Source of the DNA: a bacterium
GTDB taxonomy: Bacteria > Patescibacteriota > Minisyncoccia > Phycocordibacterales > CAIRYW01
Assembly: GCA_031373235.1 (NCBI GenBank)
Contig: JANMMK010000077.1
Coordinates: 1 to 43,224, forward strand
Direction: 5' to 3'
DNA length: 43,224 nucleotides
Notes under the pieces: model-generated
The model's input: only the letters and a program-made list of their open reading frames with translations
What the model was told of the DNA's origin: nothing
The model's database searches: none
In this document: piece by piece, positions 26,346-35,121 of the stretch
How the letters are laid out: every line of letters starts with the position of its first letter
Numbering within the stretch: the first letter of the stretch is position 1
Position numbers and translations under genes: made by a program

Positions 26346-26627
26346 ATGATACAGACAATACTCACCCTGCTCTTTACATGGGCCCTTATTAACATCGAGA
26401 ACTCAAGTAACTGGTGGTTAATCTTCGGTTTTTTTATTGGTCTTTTTTGGACGCACCAACAGAAAAAAATTGAAAGAAGATACCAACAAGAACTTCTACC
26501 CAGTGACTGTCCGGTAAACAGAACTACAGAAAAGATCTACTGCTCGAGATCAGTCTTCTTGTTTTTAATAATAGTGGTTACTATGATAATTTTTTGGGGT
26601 GCTCTCCATTACTTTCACGAGGCCTAG
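26346..26627 (+). CDS. Hypothetical three-helix membrane protein
   Basis: 93-aa hydrophobic ORF with its own promoter-like element. Confidence 0.45.
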   Translation: MIQTILTLLFTWALINIENSSNWWLIFGFFIGLFWTHQQKKIERRYQQELLPSDCPVNRTTEKIYCSRSVFLFLIIVVTMIIFWGALHYFHEA

Positions 26628-26653
26628 TCAATTTGATTCGGCCTTGGATTTTT

Positions 26654-27427
26654 TTATATCATCCACAAGTTTTTACTATTTTTTAGAAACTGAAAAGAAA
26701 CTTCCTCGAAGGACAAACCTTTTAATTCCGCCGTCTTTTTTATAACTTCAATAACATAGACAGGTTCACACCTATTTCCCCGATGTGGCTTTGGTGCAAC
26801 ATACGGACTATCTGTTTCTGAAAGCAGTCGATCAAGTGGAATACTCTTGACCAACTCGTCGTATTGATTAGCAAAGGTAACAACACCAGTAAAAGAAATA
26901 TAAAAACCTAAATCTAAAAATTCTTTTGCATCTTCCAAAGATCCTGCAAAGAAATGTGCCTCTCCTTTTGAAACAGAATACTCTTTCAATACTCGAAGAG
27001 TTTCTTTATATGCGTCCGTACCGTTACCACTTCTTATATGAAGCATCAGTGGTTTACCAAACTTGAGCGCCAGTTCTATTTGTCCACGAAAAGCAATCTC
27101 CTGTATCTCTTTCGTATCAGGAGTATGGTGAAAAAAATCAAAGCCACACTCCCCTACACCAACCACCTTTGGGTGAGTAATAATTTTTTCAAAAAAATCT
27201 TTGTCGAACGTTTCTTCGATTGAATAAATAGGATGAAGCCCAACAATGGCATAGATGTGTTCATGTCCTTCTGATAATTCTACCGCCTCAGTCGAGGTCT
27301 TCTGACCAGTTCCCACGGTGATAAAAACAACTCCTGCTTCTTTAGCACGGGCAATGACATCGTCTCTGTCCGCATCAAACTCTTTGAAGTTTATGTGGGA
27401 GTGGTTGTCTATGTATTTTATTTCCAT
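26654..27427 (-). CDS. tatD: TatD-family metal-dependent hydrolase
   Basis: 257 aa. Motifs: IDNHSHI, VVGVGECGFDF, PLMLHIR, EAHFFAGS and LLSETDSPY. It has the classic position downstream of metG. Confidence 0.85.
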   Translation of the reverse strand: MEIKYIDNHSHINFKEFDADRDDVIARAKEAGVVFITVGTGQKTSTEAVELSEGHEHIYAIVGLHPIYSIEETFDKDFFEKIITHPKVVGVGECGFDFFHHTPDTKEIQEIAFRGQIELALKFGKPLMLHIRSGNGTDAYKETLRVLKEYSVSKGEAHFFAGSLEDAKEFLDLGFYISFTGVVTFANQYDELVKSIPLDRLLSETDSPYVAPKPHRGNRCEPVYVIEVIKKTAELKGLSFEEVSFQFLKNSKNLWMI

Positions 27428-27434
27428 AGTTATA

Positions 27435-28877
27435 TTAGTCTTTTCTTAGAAAAAGAGGTTTTTCTGGGGCTTTGTTTTCTTTAATAAGATTTTTTATTTT
27501 ATCTGAGGTTTCAGGAAGAAAAGGTTGCAGCTTTTCTGCCACAACAAAAAGCATTCGGACAAAATCTGAAATTAACTTCTTACCTTTTTCATAATCTGTT
27601 TTAATCACTTTAAATGGTTGCTCTGTTTGAATGAGGTTATCTATACTCGCAACATAAGCCCATAAAATATTTAAAGCACCCTGTAGATTAAAAGAATCTA
27701 CTTCTTTTTCGTAATCAAAATTAGGATACACATCTTTAAAAGAAGTTACTGGTCCAGTAAGGTTCGTCTCTGCCATCTTCATAATTCTTGAAGTAAGGTT
27801 CCCGATACCGTTCGCAAGATTCGCATTGTAACTCTCCTTTAGTTTCTCTTTTGAAACAGCAGTATCTTCGAATGGATGAAATTCCCGTAAGACAAAATAC
27901 CGAAGTGCATCTGTGCCATACTCAGCTACCAGTTCAAGTGGATCAATTGTATTACCAAGTGACTTAGACATTTTCACTCCTCCGTCACCTAAAATAAATC
28001 CATTCACAACTATTTGCTTTGTATTTTGGTATCCAGCAGCCATGAGCATTGCTTGCCACATAACACCCTGAAATCTAGTGTTATCTTTACCACAATACTG
28101 GGTAGGAGTTCCGCTATTCCAATATTTTTCAATACCCTCTTCATCATCCAGCGTAGAAAGGTAGTCCGTAAGCGCATCAAACCACACATACATAACATGC
28201 CCTCCGTCACCCGGCACCTCTATTCCCCATGGCATTTTTGATTTTAATCTTGAAATAGAAAAGTCATGAAGTCCTCGCTTAATAAACTCTCGCATTTCAT
28301 TCATTCGAGAATTCGGAATTATAAAATCTGGATTCCCATCATAAAATTTCAAAAGTCTTTCTCCAAAACCACTAAACTTAAAAAAATAATTTTCTTCCTC
28401 GATGATTTCTGGTGCTTTTCTGTGTTCCGGACAAAGTCCTTCCACCAACTCTGAATCTGTTTTTTCTTCTTCGCAACCAACACAATATTTTGTTTTATAA
28501 TTTTTTTTATATATAAAACCATTCTGTAAACATTTGTTCCAGAAGTCTTTAGCAAATGCGATATGCTTTTCGTCTGTTGTTCTAATGAAGTGTATTCCTT
28601 CACCCTCTTTAAGCACTCCAAATTTCTCTAATGTTTCTTTATATAATCGGGCATACTCATCAACATACTCCTTAACTTCTACTCCAGCCTTTTGTGCTGA
28701 CTCAAGAATCTTTTTACCATGTTCATCCGTTCCTGTATTAAAAAACACATCGAAGCCTTGGAGTTTTTTTGCACGCGCAATAGCATCAGCTCTAATTATT
28801 TCTGTGGCATGACCCAAGTGAAGTGGTGCATTCACATACGGCAATGTCGTAGTAATGTAAAAAGGTTTCTGTGACAT
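27435..28877 (-). CDS. metG: Methionyl-tRNA synthetase, short form without a C-terminal tRNA-binding domain
   Basis: 480 aa. Motifs: HLGH (HIGH motif), the Zn knuckle CVGCEEE...CPEH, and KMSKSLGN. Confidence 0.93.
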   Translation of the reverse strand: MSQKPFYITTTLPYVNAPLHLGHATEIIRADAIARAKKLQGFDVFFNTGTDEHGKKILESAQKAGVEVKEYVDEYARLYKETLEKFGVLKEGEGIHFIRTTDEKHIAFAKDFWNKCLQNGFIYKKNYKTKYCVGCEEEKTDSELVEGLCPEHRKAPEIIEEENYFFKFSGFGERLLKFYDGNPDFIIPNSRMNEMREFIKRGLHDFSISRLKSKMPWGIEVPGDGGHVMYVWFDALTDYLSTLDDEEGIEKYWNSGTPTQYCGKDNTRFQGVMWQAMLMAAGYQNTKQIVVNGFILGDGGVKMSKSLGNTIDPLELVAEYGTDALRYFVLREFHPFEDTAVSKEKLKESYNANLANGIGNLTSRIMKMAETNLTGPVTSFKDVYPNFDYEKEVDSFNLQGALNILWAYVASIDNLIQTEQPFKVIKTDYEKGKKLISDFVRMLFVVAEKLQPFLPETSDKIKNLIKENKAPEKPLFLRKD

Positions 28878-28878
28878 G

Positions 28879-29943
28879 CTATTTACTTACACTAGTATGA
28901 TGGTGACTTTTTCTTTTATCGACATCTTCAAGATATTCAACCAAAAGTACTGAAGCAGGAATAGCTAAGATAACACCGACAACCCCTCCAAGCTTTGCTC
29001 CGATAACTAAAGCCAAAATGACAAGAAGCGGAGAAATTCCAACCAACTTCTTTACCACCTGAGGATAAAATAAATGATTTTCGAATTGTTGAATAACCAA
29101 ATAAATAAGCACCACTGTAAGTGCCGTAGTAAAACCACCTTGGTTAAATCCAACAAAAACCGCAGGTATTGCAGCTAGTGTAGAGCCGAAAAGTGGAATA
29201 AGTTCAAACACTCCAGCAAGAACACCGAGAAGAAGCGCGTGTTTGATTTTAAAAATACTTAAAAACAAAAACGTAAGCGTACCCACCAACACCCCTAACA
29301 CTAATTGCCCCTGCATCCATGCTCCAATTTTCTTTTGGGTTCGTGCCCACAAATCAATCACATAGACCTCATGTCTTTGTGGGGTAATAATCTGTAAAAA
29401 ACTTTTTACTCCATCTTTTGTAACAGAAAAGTAAAAAGACAGAACCACTACCAAAATAAAACTGAGTAACCCACCGAAAATAGTACTGGCTGTTTGAAGC
29501 GGATTACTTGAAGCCCCCCCAACCTTATCAGTTAGCTCTTTTGTAACACCAGAAAAAGAAATGTTTTTAAAAAATGGAAGATATGGCTCAATTATTGTTC
29601 CTGTAAAAGCTTTCACCACTGCATCCGAGTTACCGGCACCCTGTGTTGCCTTTTCAAGTACCGTTGAAAAGTCCGTAATAAGAGTCGGAAGGACAAAAAG
29701 CACAATTGACATAAAAGCCAGCGCGACGCCAGCATAAATAGTAATCACCCCAACTCCTCGAGGAATTTTACGTGACACAAACCATTCAACCCCTGGGTTA
29801 ATGGCGGAAGCAATAACAATAGAGGTCAGTGCAATGAGCACAATGTCACCCAAAACATACAAAAGTACTGCGCAAAGAATGCACAAAATAACCTTTATAA
29901 CACTTGCAGTGCTTAGATGTACTACATTATGTCCTGGTTCCAT
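28879..29943 (-). CDS. AI-2E family transporter (PerM/UPF0118)
   Basis: 354 aa with about eight TM helices. Characteristic segment: GVLAGVFELIPLFGSTLAAIPAVFVGF. Confidence 0.78.
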   Translation of the reverse strand: MEPGHNVVHLSTASVIKVILCILCAVLLYVLGDIVLIALTSIVIASAINPGVEWFVSRKIPRGVGVITIYAGVALAFMSIVLFVLPTLITDFSTVLEKATQGAGNSDAVVKAFTGTIIEPYLPFFKNISFSGVTKELTDKVGGASSNPLQTASTIFGGLLSFILVVVLSFYFSVTKDGVKSFLQIITPQRHEVYVIDLWARTQKKIGAWMQGQLVLGVLVGTLTFLFLSIFKIKHALLLGVLAGVFELIPLFGSTLAAIPAVFVGFNQGGFTTALTVVLIYLVIQQFENHLFYPQVVKKLVGISPLLVILALVIGAKLGGVVGVILAIPASVLLVEYLEDVDKRKSHHHTSVSK

Positions 29944-29981
29944 ATATAAAGCATATCACACCTCTCTACCACCTCAACACA

Positions 29982-31256
29982 CTAGACACTAAAAGTAAGT
30001 AATTCTTTGAATTCGTCCTCATTTTTGTATGGCCCAACAATCGACAAGTTCAAATTTCTATCAACAAAAAGTTTCCGAGCTACTTCTCGTATTTCTTTTG
30101 CAGTAACTGTTTGAAGCTTCTTAGCTTTTTCTTCAGGAGATTTTATCTTAAGTCCATATAATTCCTGACTTGAATAGAAATCAGCAAATGCATCGGAAGT
30201 TTCAAGAGATAAATACATATTTCCGATTCTAAATTCTTTTGCCTTTTTTAATTCCTCTTCGGAAACCAACTCTTCGGTGAGACGCTTCATTTCTACCAAA
30301 ATTGCTTTCAGCGCATCTTTTACTTTGTCTTTTGCAACTCCAGAAGCAACCCCAAAATACCCTCGATCAAGTGCTGTGTCGTTATCTGCTCTGACGTAAT
30401 AACAAAGACCGAGGTCATCTCGAAGCTTCCTAAAAAGCCTTGAGCTCATCCCTTTACCTAAAATAGTTTCAAGCAAGGTAATCTTATGATTGTCTTTATC
30501 AGAAACATTGTAAGAACGAACCCCTACCACAATATGCGCTTGGTCAGTTTCTTTATACACTACTTTTATTTGAGGAGTTTTTTGAGACTCTTTTGTTCGC
30601 AGTTTATTTTCTTTTTTTGATTTTGAAATCGGCATAAATGCTTCCTTCACCAATTTTTCAACTTGAGCTGGATTCACGCCACCAGACACAACTACCAAAG
30701 TGTTCTTAGCAACATAATGTTTTTTACGATACGCGACAAGTTTTTCTTGTGTGAGGGCCCTAACATTTTCCTCTGTACCAATAATAGAACGTCCAGCTGG
30801 TTGATCACCGTAGAGAAGTGCTTCAAATGCTTCTGGTGCTTTTGTGTGTGGCATATCTTCATACATACGCATTTCTTCTATAACTACCCCCTTCTCTCGT
30901 TCCATGGCATCAATATTAAAAGTAGAGTTCTGATAAATATCAGAAACAATCTCAACCAACTTAGGAAAGTGTTTTTTTTCTGCCTTGGCCCAGTAACCAG
31001 TAAACTCTTTACTGGTAAATGCGTTACTTTGTGCACCAAGACTATCAAGCTCCCTAGAAATATCTCCCGTGTTTGGACGCTTCACTGTTCCTTGGAAACA
31101 CATGTGTTCAAGAAAATGAGAAAGTCCGTTTATATCTTTTGTTTCGTAGTCACTTCCCGCTCCAACGAGCACCATAACAGTTACTGCCTTTGAAGCTTTG
31201 AGAGGCACAGAGATAATTCGAAGTCCATTAGATAATATTTTTTTGTGATAATTCAT
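29982..31256 (-). CDS. M16-family zinc peptidase (pitrilysin/insulinase-like)
   Basis: 424 aa with the inverted zinc motif HFLEHMCFQGT (HxxEH) and a downstream Glu region. Confidence 0.85.
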   Translation of the reverse strand: MNYHKKILSNGLRIISVPLKASKAVTVMVLVGAGSDYETKDINGLSHFLEHMCFQGTVKRPNTGDISRELDSLGAQSNAFTSKEFTGYWAKAEKKHFPKLVEIVSDIYQNSTFNIDAMEREKGVVIEEMRMYEDMPHTKAPEAFEALLYGDQPAGRSIIGTEENVRALTQEKLVAYRKKHYVAKNTLVVVSGGVNPAQVEKLVKEAFMPISKSKKENKLRTKESQKTPQIKVVYKETDQAHIVVGVRSYNVSDKDNHKITLLETILGKGMSSRLFRKLRDDLGLCYYVRADNDTALDRGYFGVASGVAKDKVKDALKAILVEMKRLTEELVSEEELKKAKEFRIGNMYLSLETSDAFADFYSSQELYGLKIKSPEEKAKKLQTVTAKEIREVARKLFVDRNLNLSIVGPYKNEDEFKELLTFSV

Positions 31257-31319
31257 AGATATAAAGATAACAGAAAAAAGCGGAAGTTAAAAACTATTTT
31301 TAAGAAATTTGTATAGCTC

Positions 31320-31348
31320 TTTACAATACATAGAATATATGCTATAAT
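31320..31348 (+). promoter_or_regulatory. Sigma70-like promoter of the PEP-CTERM gene
   Basis: TTTACA, a 17-nt spacer, then TATAAT. It is followed by a leader of about 85 nt that contains a GTACTT-cgt-AAGTAC hairpin. Confidence 0.55.
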
Positions 31349-31438
31349 ACATATAAATCAGGACACATTGCTCAAGGGGTAACAAACAATCCACCAAAGC
31401 ATCTGTACTTCGTAAGTACGGTACACCTGAAAAAACCT

Positions 31439-32140
31439 ATGAAGAAACTCTTCTTCTTACTGCTCGTTAACATGTTCAGTTTGGCCACCTACGGCCAGCT
31501 CACCGTCACTCCAGCCACAGAAGGATACTTAATGCAGGCCGTTTCGACGGACCTCATCTGGTATTCCGAGGTAGTGTTCCCCACTCCAGAGAACAACACC
31601 TCGACACTGAGTGTTGTGTCACCAGAAGTGGACACTACGCTCCCCGTCACGATCTCCGGATCGGTATCGGGTTCAACAACCACAAGGCGAATCAACTGGC
31701 ACTTCACTGTCGAAGCGACAGGAAGTGCGAGCATAAGTATCCGCGACCGCATCGGTGGAGGCACCGCGGTTGTGGATGGAGATCTTTCTGGATGGGCAAA
31801 CCCCTCGCAAGAAATCATCTTCGCACCCTTTGCAATCGGTGGCTCATCGGGATACGCCTCGATGTGGAACATCAAAGTCACAAGTGGAGGAGTTGAAGTG
31901 CCGATCTCTGGCACTTTCACCTCGCACTTCAATGGCTCACCGGACGAAGTGACTGCGTTCTCGATCGACCCCGGGTGGAGTTATCCTCTCGACATCGAGG
32001 GATGGACAGAGACCACTGTCACCACCGGAGAGACGGACCACATCCGGTCGGTTGGAGTATACGGAGTAGTACCTGAGCCTGGCTCAGGAGCACTGCTTCT
32101 TCTCGGAGGACTGTCGGTACTCGCAAAGCGCCGGAGGTAA
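31439..32140 (+). CDS. Exported protein with a C-terminal PEP-CTERM sorting signal (GC-rich)
   Basis: 233 aa. Signal peptide: MKKLFFLLLVNMFSLATYGQ. C-terminus: VVPEP-GSGALLLLGGLSVLA-KRRR, i.e. PEP motif, TM helix and Arg cluster. A sample line is about 55% G+C. Confidence 0.75.
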   Translation: MKKLFFLLLVNMFSLATYGQLTVTPATEGYLMQAVSTDLIWYSEVVFPTPENNTSTLSVVSPEVDTTLPVTISGSVSGSTTTRRINWHFTVEATGSASISIRDRIGGGTAVVDGDLSGWANPSQEIIFAPFAIGGSSGYASMWNIKVTSGGVEVPISGTFTSHFNGSPDEVTAFSIDPGWSYPLDIEGWTETTVTTGETDHIRSVGVYGVVPEPGSGALLLLGGLSVLAKRRR

Positions 32141-32162
32141 AGAAACTGAACATAAAAACAAC

Positions 32163-32206
32163 AAACGCCATTTTGGGAAACCGGAAAGGCGTTTTGTTTT
32201 TTGTTG
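32163..32206 (+). terminator. Probable terminator
   Basis: AAACGCC, a loop of about 18 nt, GGCGTTT, then TGTTTTTTGTTGATTTTTT. Confidence 0.5.
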
Positions 32207-32239
32207 ATTTTTTAAATTATTAGTATAAGATTTTTTGAA

Positions 32240-32386
32240 ATGAAAGTACTATGCGGATCTTTGGTGGTGATCGGGGCCTGTGGAGGTTACTTCACAGGAA
32301 ATATTCCTGGAGCTCTTTTTGGCGGTGTTACTGCCATCAACTTATCCCTCCAGCTCTGGTGCCGATCCTTCACTAGAAAAAACTAA
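32240..32386 (+). CDS. Small Gly-rich membrane peptide (48 aa, below the ORF-track cutoff)
   Basis: My own translation: MKVLCGSLVVIGACGGYFTGNIPGALFGGVTAINLSLQLWCRSFTRKN*. It is followed by its own terminator. Confidence 0.4.
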   Translation: MKVLCGSLVVIGACGGYFTGNIPGALFGGVTAINLSLQLWCRSFTRKN

Positions 32387-32393
32387 TCTCTAA

Positions 32394-32419
32394 CACCACT
32401 TCCCCGTGGTGATTTTTTT
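32394..32419 (+). terminator. Rho-independent terminator
   Basis: CACCAC-ttcccc-GTGGTG-ATTTTTTT, preceded by CTCTAAC as in the 41830/42650 repeat. Confidence 0.7.
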
Positions 32420-32445
32420 ATTCTTGATGTAGAGTTAATATAAAT

Positions 32446-32643
32446 ATGATATTTGCATTTATACTCCTTGGAGGTCTTGTTGGACTTGGTATTGGTGGTC
32501 TCGTTGACTACCTATCTAGTTCAAACTATCAGACAGCACTGTCTGTGATCGGTTTGTGTCTTGGTGCCCTTACCTACTTCTACCTTGATACCAAATCAAT
32601 GGAAGAAGCTGATCTTAATCAGGACGACCACTATAGAGAATAG
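32446..32643 (+). CDS. Small Gly-zipper membrane protein
   Basis: 65 aa with two hydrophobic Gly-rich helices (LLGGLVGLGIGGLV; VIGLCLGALTYF) and an acidic tail. Confidence 0.5.
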   Translation: MIFAFILLGGLVGLGIGGLVDYLSSSNYQTALSVIGLCLGALTYFYLDTKSMEEADLNQDDHYRE

Positions 32644-32670
32644 CTCTCGGCAATGCCCGAGAGATTTTTT
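32644..32670 (+). terminator. Rho-independent terminator
   Basis: CTCTCGG-caatgc-CCGAGAG-ATTTTTT, immediately after the stop codon. Confidence 0.75.
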
Positions 32671-32745
32671 AATCTCTCACTTTAGCTTCCTCGGTTAGGA
32701 AATACAAAAGATCACTTTTGTATCTCACTCACTCTACGTCGCTAA

Positions 32746-32772
32746 TAAAAAAATCGCAGGAATTTATCCTGC
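32746..32772 (-). terminator. Rho-independent terminator of the 122-aa gene
   Basis: On the minus strand: GCAGGA-taaat-TCCTGC followed by GATTTTTTT. Confidence 0.6.
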
Positions 32773-32789
32773 GCGCTAGTCATGTGAAC

Positions 32790-33158
32790 TTACGTTCCAA
32801 GTGGCGAGACCCTGTGGGCCACGTGAATCCGCCCAACAGCTTTACCCTCAACCCAGACATCCAGAATGCGCCAATGATCCTTTCCATCAACAACGCGCGC
32901 TCCAAGACCTTCAAGTTCCTTGGTGACCGCATCTGTCATCGGCTTTTCGATTCGAATCGGTAAGTGGTCTGATTCTTTGGAACCAAGGTTTGCTGCACGT
33001 TTGATCTTATAAACATGCCCCAGGATTTCGGCCACAACATAGCCCTCTCCCGAAGACTTCTTGATTGCACCGAGGTGTTTTTGAAGCCACAGAAAGAATT
33101 TTTCTGGGTCAGTTGAGATGAGGTTGCCTGCGTAATCGTAGAAGAATATTGTAAGCAT
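32790..33158 (-). CDS. Hypothetical cytoplasmic protein (GC-rich orphan)
   Basis: 122-aa ORF. A sample line is about 53% G+C. No motif recognised. Confidence 0.45.
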   Translation of the reverse strand: MLTIFFYDYAGNLISTDPEKFFLWLQKHLGAIKKSSGEGYVVAEILGHVYKIKRAANLGSKESDHLPIRIEKPMTDAVTKELEGLGARVVDGKDHWRILDVWVEGKAVGRIHVAHRVSPLGT

Positions 33159-33294
33159 TTAATGTTCTGTATCCAAAAGTTCGTCTTGCCAAAGGATTAC
33201 TATTTTGAATGGTTTTTGTTGCGAAGCAAGTTAGAGGTTGTTTTGGCAACTTGTTTTCAAATGTATTTATACCTCAAAAGAAATCCTCGTCAAT

Positions 33295-33732
33295 CTATTC
33301 GATACTTCCCAGTACACTCACTTCCCTTTTATTTACTAATTCAATTAATTCTTCGAGAGTCCAGGACAGTGGCGCATCGATACCTCCCGCATGAATACGC
33401 GTGCCATTAAAAAACAAAACGAGTTGCTCTTTTGCATGGACACCCTTATCTGGAACACCTCTTTCCATTTGGATAATAGTTCCATTTTTAATACCTAGTA
33501 TATTTTCAGGAACTTCTGGAATATCCGCTTCCTGAAGCATCTGCTTAAAAGAGCTCCGCCACACACCCTCGAAGTCAGCCATGTCTGTATGTTTGCCCGG
33601 TAGTATTTCTACATTAGGAGGTAACGCACCAAAAACAGCATCACCGAGATAGATAGTAGATGCATCTACTTCTGGTTTTTCTTCTCCAAAAAAAGGAAAC
33701 TGAATAATTTTATCTTCCGGGTTGTTACCCAT
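33295..33732 (-). CDS. Hypothetical protein downstream of glyQS
   Basis: 145-aa ORF starting 3 nt after the glyQS stop. It is acidic and has no recognised motif. Confidence 0.5.
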   Translation of the reverse strand: MGNNPEDKIIQFPFFGEEKPEVDASTIYLGDAVFGALPPNVEILPGKHTDMADFEGVWRSSFKQMLQEADIPEVPENILGIKNGTIIQMERGVPDKGVHAKEQLVLFFNGTRIHAGGIDAPLSWTLEELIELVNKREVSVLGSIE

Positions 33733-33735
33733 ACC

Positions 33736-35112
33736 TTATATCTTTGATTGAATAAAGTTTTTTAGATCTTCTATTTTTATTCTTTCTTGAGTTCCTGTAT
33801 CCCGGTCACGAACAGTCACCATGTTGTCTGTGAGGGTGTCGAAGTCAACTGTCGCACAAAATGGTGTACCGATCTCATCTTGTCTTCGATATCGTTTTCC
33901 TATGTTTCCATTGTCGTCATAGACAACATTTCCAAATTCTTTTTTAAGCATACTAAATACCTCACGGGCCTTTGTTTGAAGTTCTGGTTTGTTTTTTAGT
34001 AGAGGAGAAACACAAGCAATATATGGAGCAATACCTGCTGGAAATTTCAAATACACTCGAATATCATCCTCCATTTTTTCTTCACTATATGCAGAAACCA
34101 AAAGGGCTAAAATCGCACGATCAACACTAACTGTAGGCTCTAAAACATGTGGAAGATATTTTTCTTTTGTTTCCTCATCAAAAATCTCAAGTGATTTTTG
34201 AGAAAACTTCTGATGTTGAGAGAGGTCGTAGTTTCCTCTGTGAGCAAGACCGGTTAGTTCTTTCGTACCGAAAGGATACTCAAATTCTAGATCAACTGTT
34301 TTTTTGCTGTAATGAGCCCGAGCAGTATCTGGATGTGTCAGTGGATGAAGTTTTTTGGTGTCTACCCCAATACTTCCAAGCCATTTCTTTTGTTCTTCTA
34401 AAAACTGGTCGAACAACTCTTCCCAATTGGCAGAAGGATGAATAAAGTATTCAAATTCCATAATTTCAAACTCCCTCAAACGATAGGTAAAATCACGAGG
34501 AGTTATTTCATTTCTAAAAGCTTTTCCAATCTGGGCAATACCGAAAGGAATTTTTGGTGAAAGTGAGTCAAGAATATTCTTAAAATTTACAAACATACTC
34601 TGCGCCTCTTCTGGACGTAAATAGGTCGTAAGTGCAGTTTCTTCAACAGCACCCATTTTTGTTTCAAGCATAAGATTAAACTTTCTAACATCAGATAAAG
34701 GATTTCCCTCAGGACTCTTGAGTCCAAGTTCTTTTATTTTTGCATCCATTTCTGGTACCGTTAACTTTTCAGCATCGACACCAGCCTCTTCAAGTAAGTG
34801 GTCGGCACGATATCTTTTTTTAGTCTTTAAGTCATCAACAAGAGGATCAATAAATTCTGTTGTATGTCCTGATGCTTCCCACACTTTTGGATGCATGAGA
34901 ATTGGTGTATCAATAAGATACATATTATCTTTTGATGTTACAAAAAACTTAAGCCACGACTCTTCTATATTTCTCTTTAAAAGTGAACCGAGTGGCCCAT
35001 AATCCCATGTACCTGCAAGTCCACCATATATTTCTGATCCTTGATAAATAAACCCCCTTCGTTTACAGAGTGAAACTATCTTTTCCATTACATTATTTTC
35101 TTCTTTTGGCAT
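33736..35112 (-). CDS. glyQS: Glycyl-tRNA synthetase, single-chain (alpha2) type
   Basis: 458 aa. Motifs: RRGFIYQGSEIYGGLAGTWDYGPLG..LK.NI...W, FRNEITPR, and the class II motif 3 region. Confidence 0.93.
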   Translation of the reverse strand: MPKEENNVMEKIVSLCKRRGFIYQGSEIYGGLAGTWDYGPLGSLLKRNIEESWLKFFVTSKDNMYLIDTPILMHPKVWEASGHTTEFIDPLVDDLKTKKRYRADHLLEEAGVDAEKLTVPEMDAKIKELGLKSPEGNPLSDVRKFNLMLETKMGAVEETALTTYLRPEEAQSMFVNFKNILDSLSPKIPFGIAQIGKAFRNEITPRDFTYRLREFEIMEFEYFIHPSANWEELFDQFLEEQKKWLGSIGVDTKKLHPLTHPDTARAHYSKKTVDLEFEYPFGTKELTGLAHRGNYDLSQHQKFSQKSLEIFDEETKEKYLPHVLEPTVSVDRAILALLVSAYSEEKMEDDIRVYLKFPAGIAPYIACVSPLLKNKPELQTKAREVFSMLKKEFGNVVYDDNGNIGKRYRRQDEIGTPFCATVDFDTLTDNMVTVRDRDTGTQERIKIEDLKNFIQSKI

Positions 35113-35121
35113 ATTATTTAT

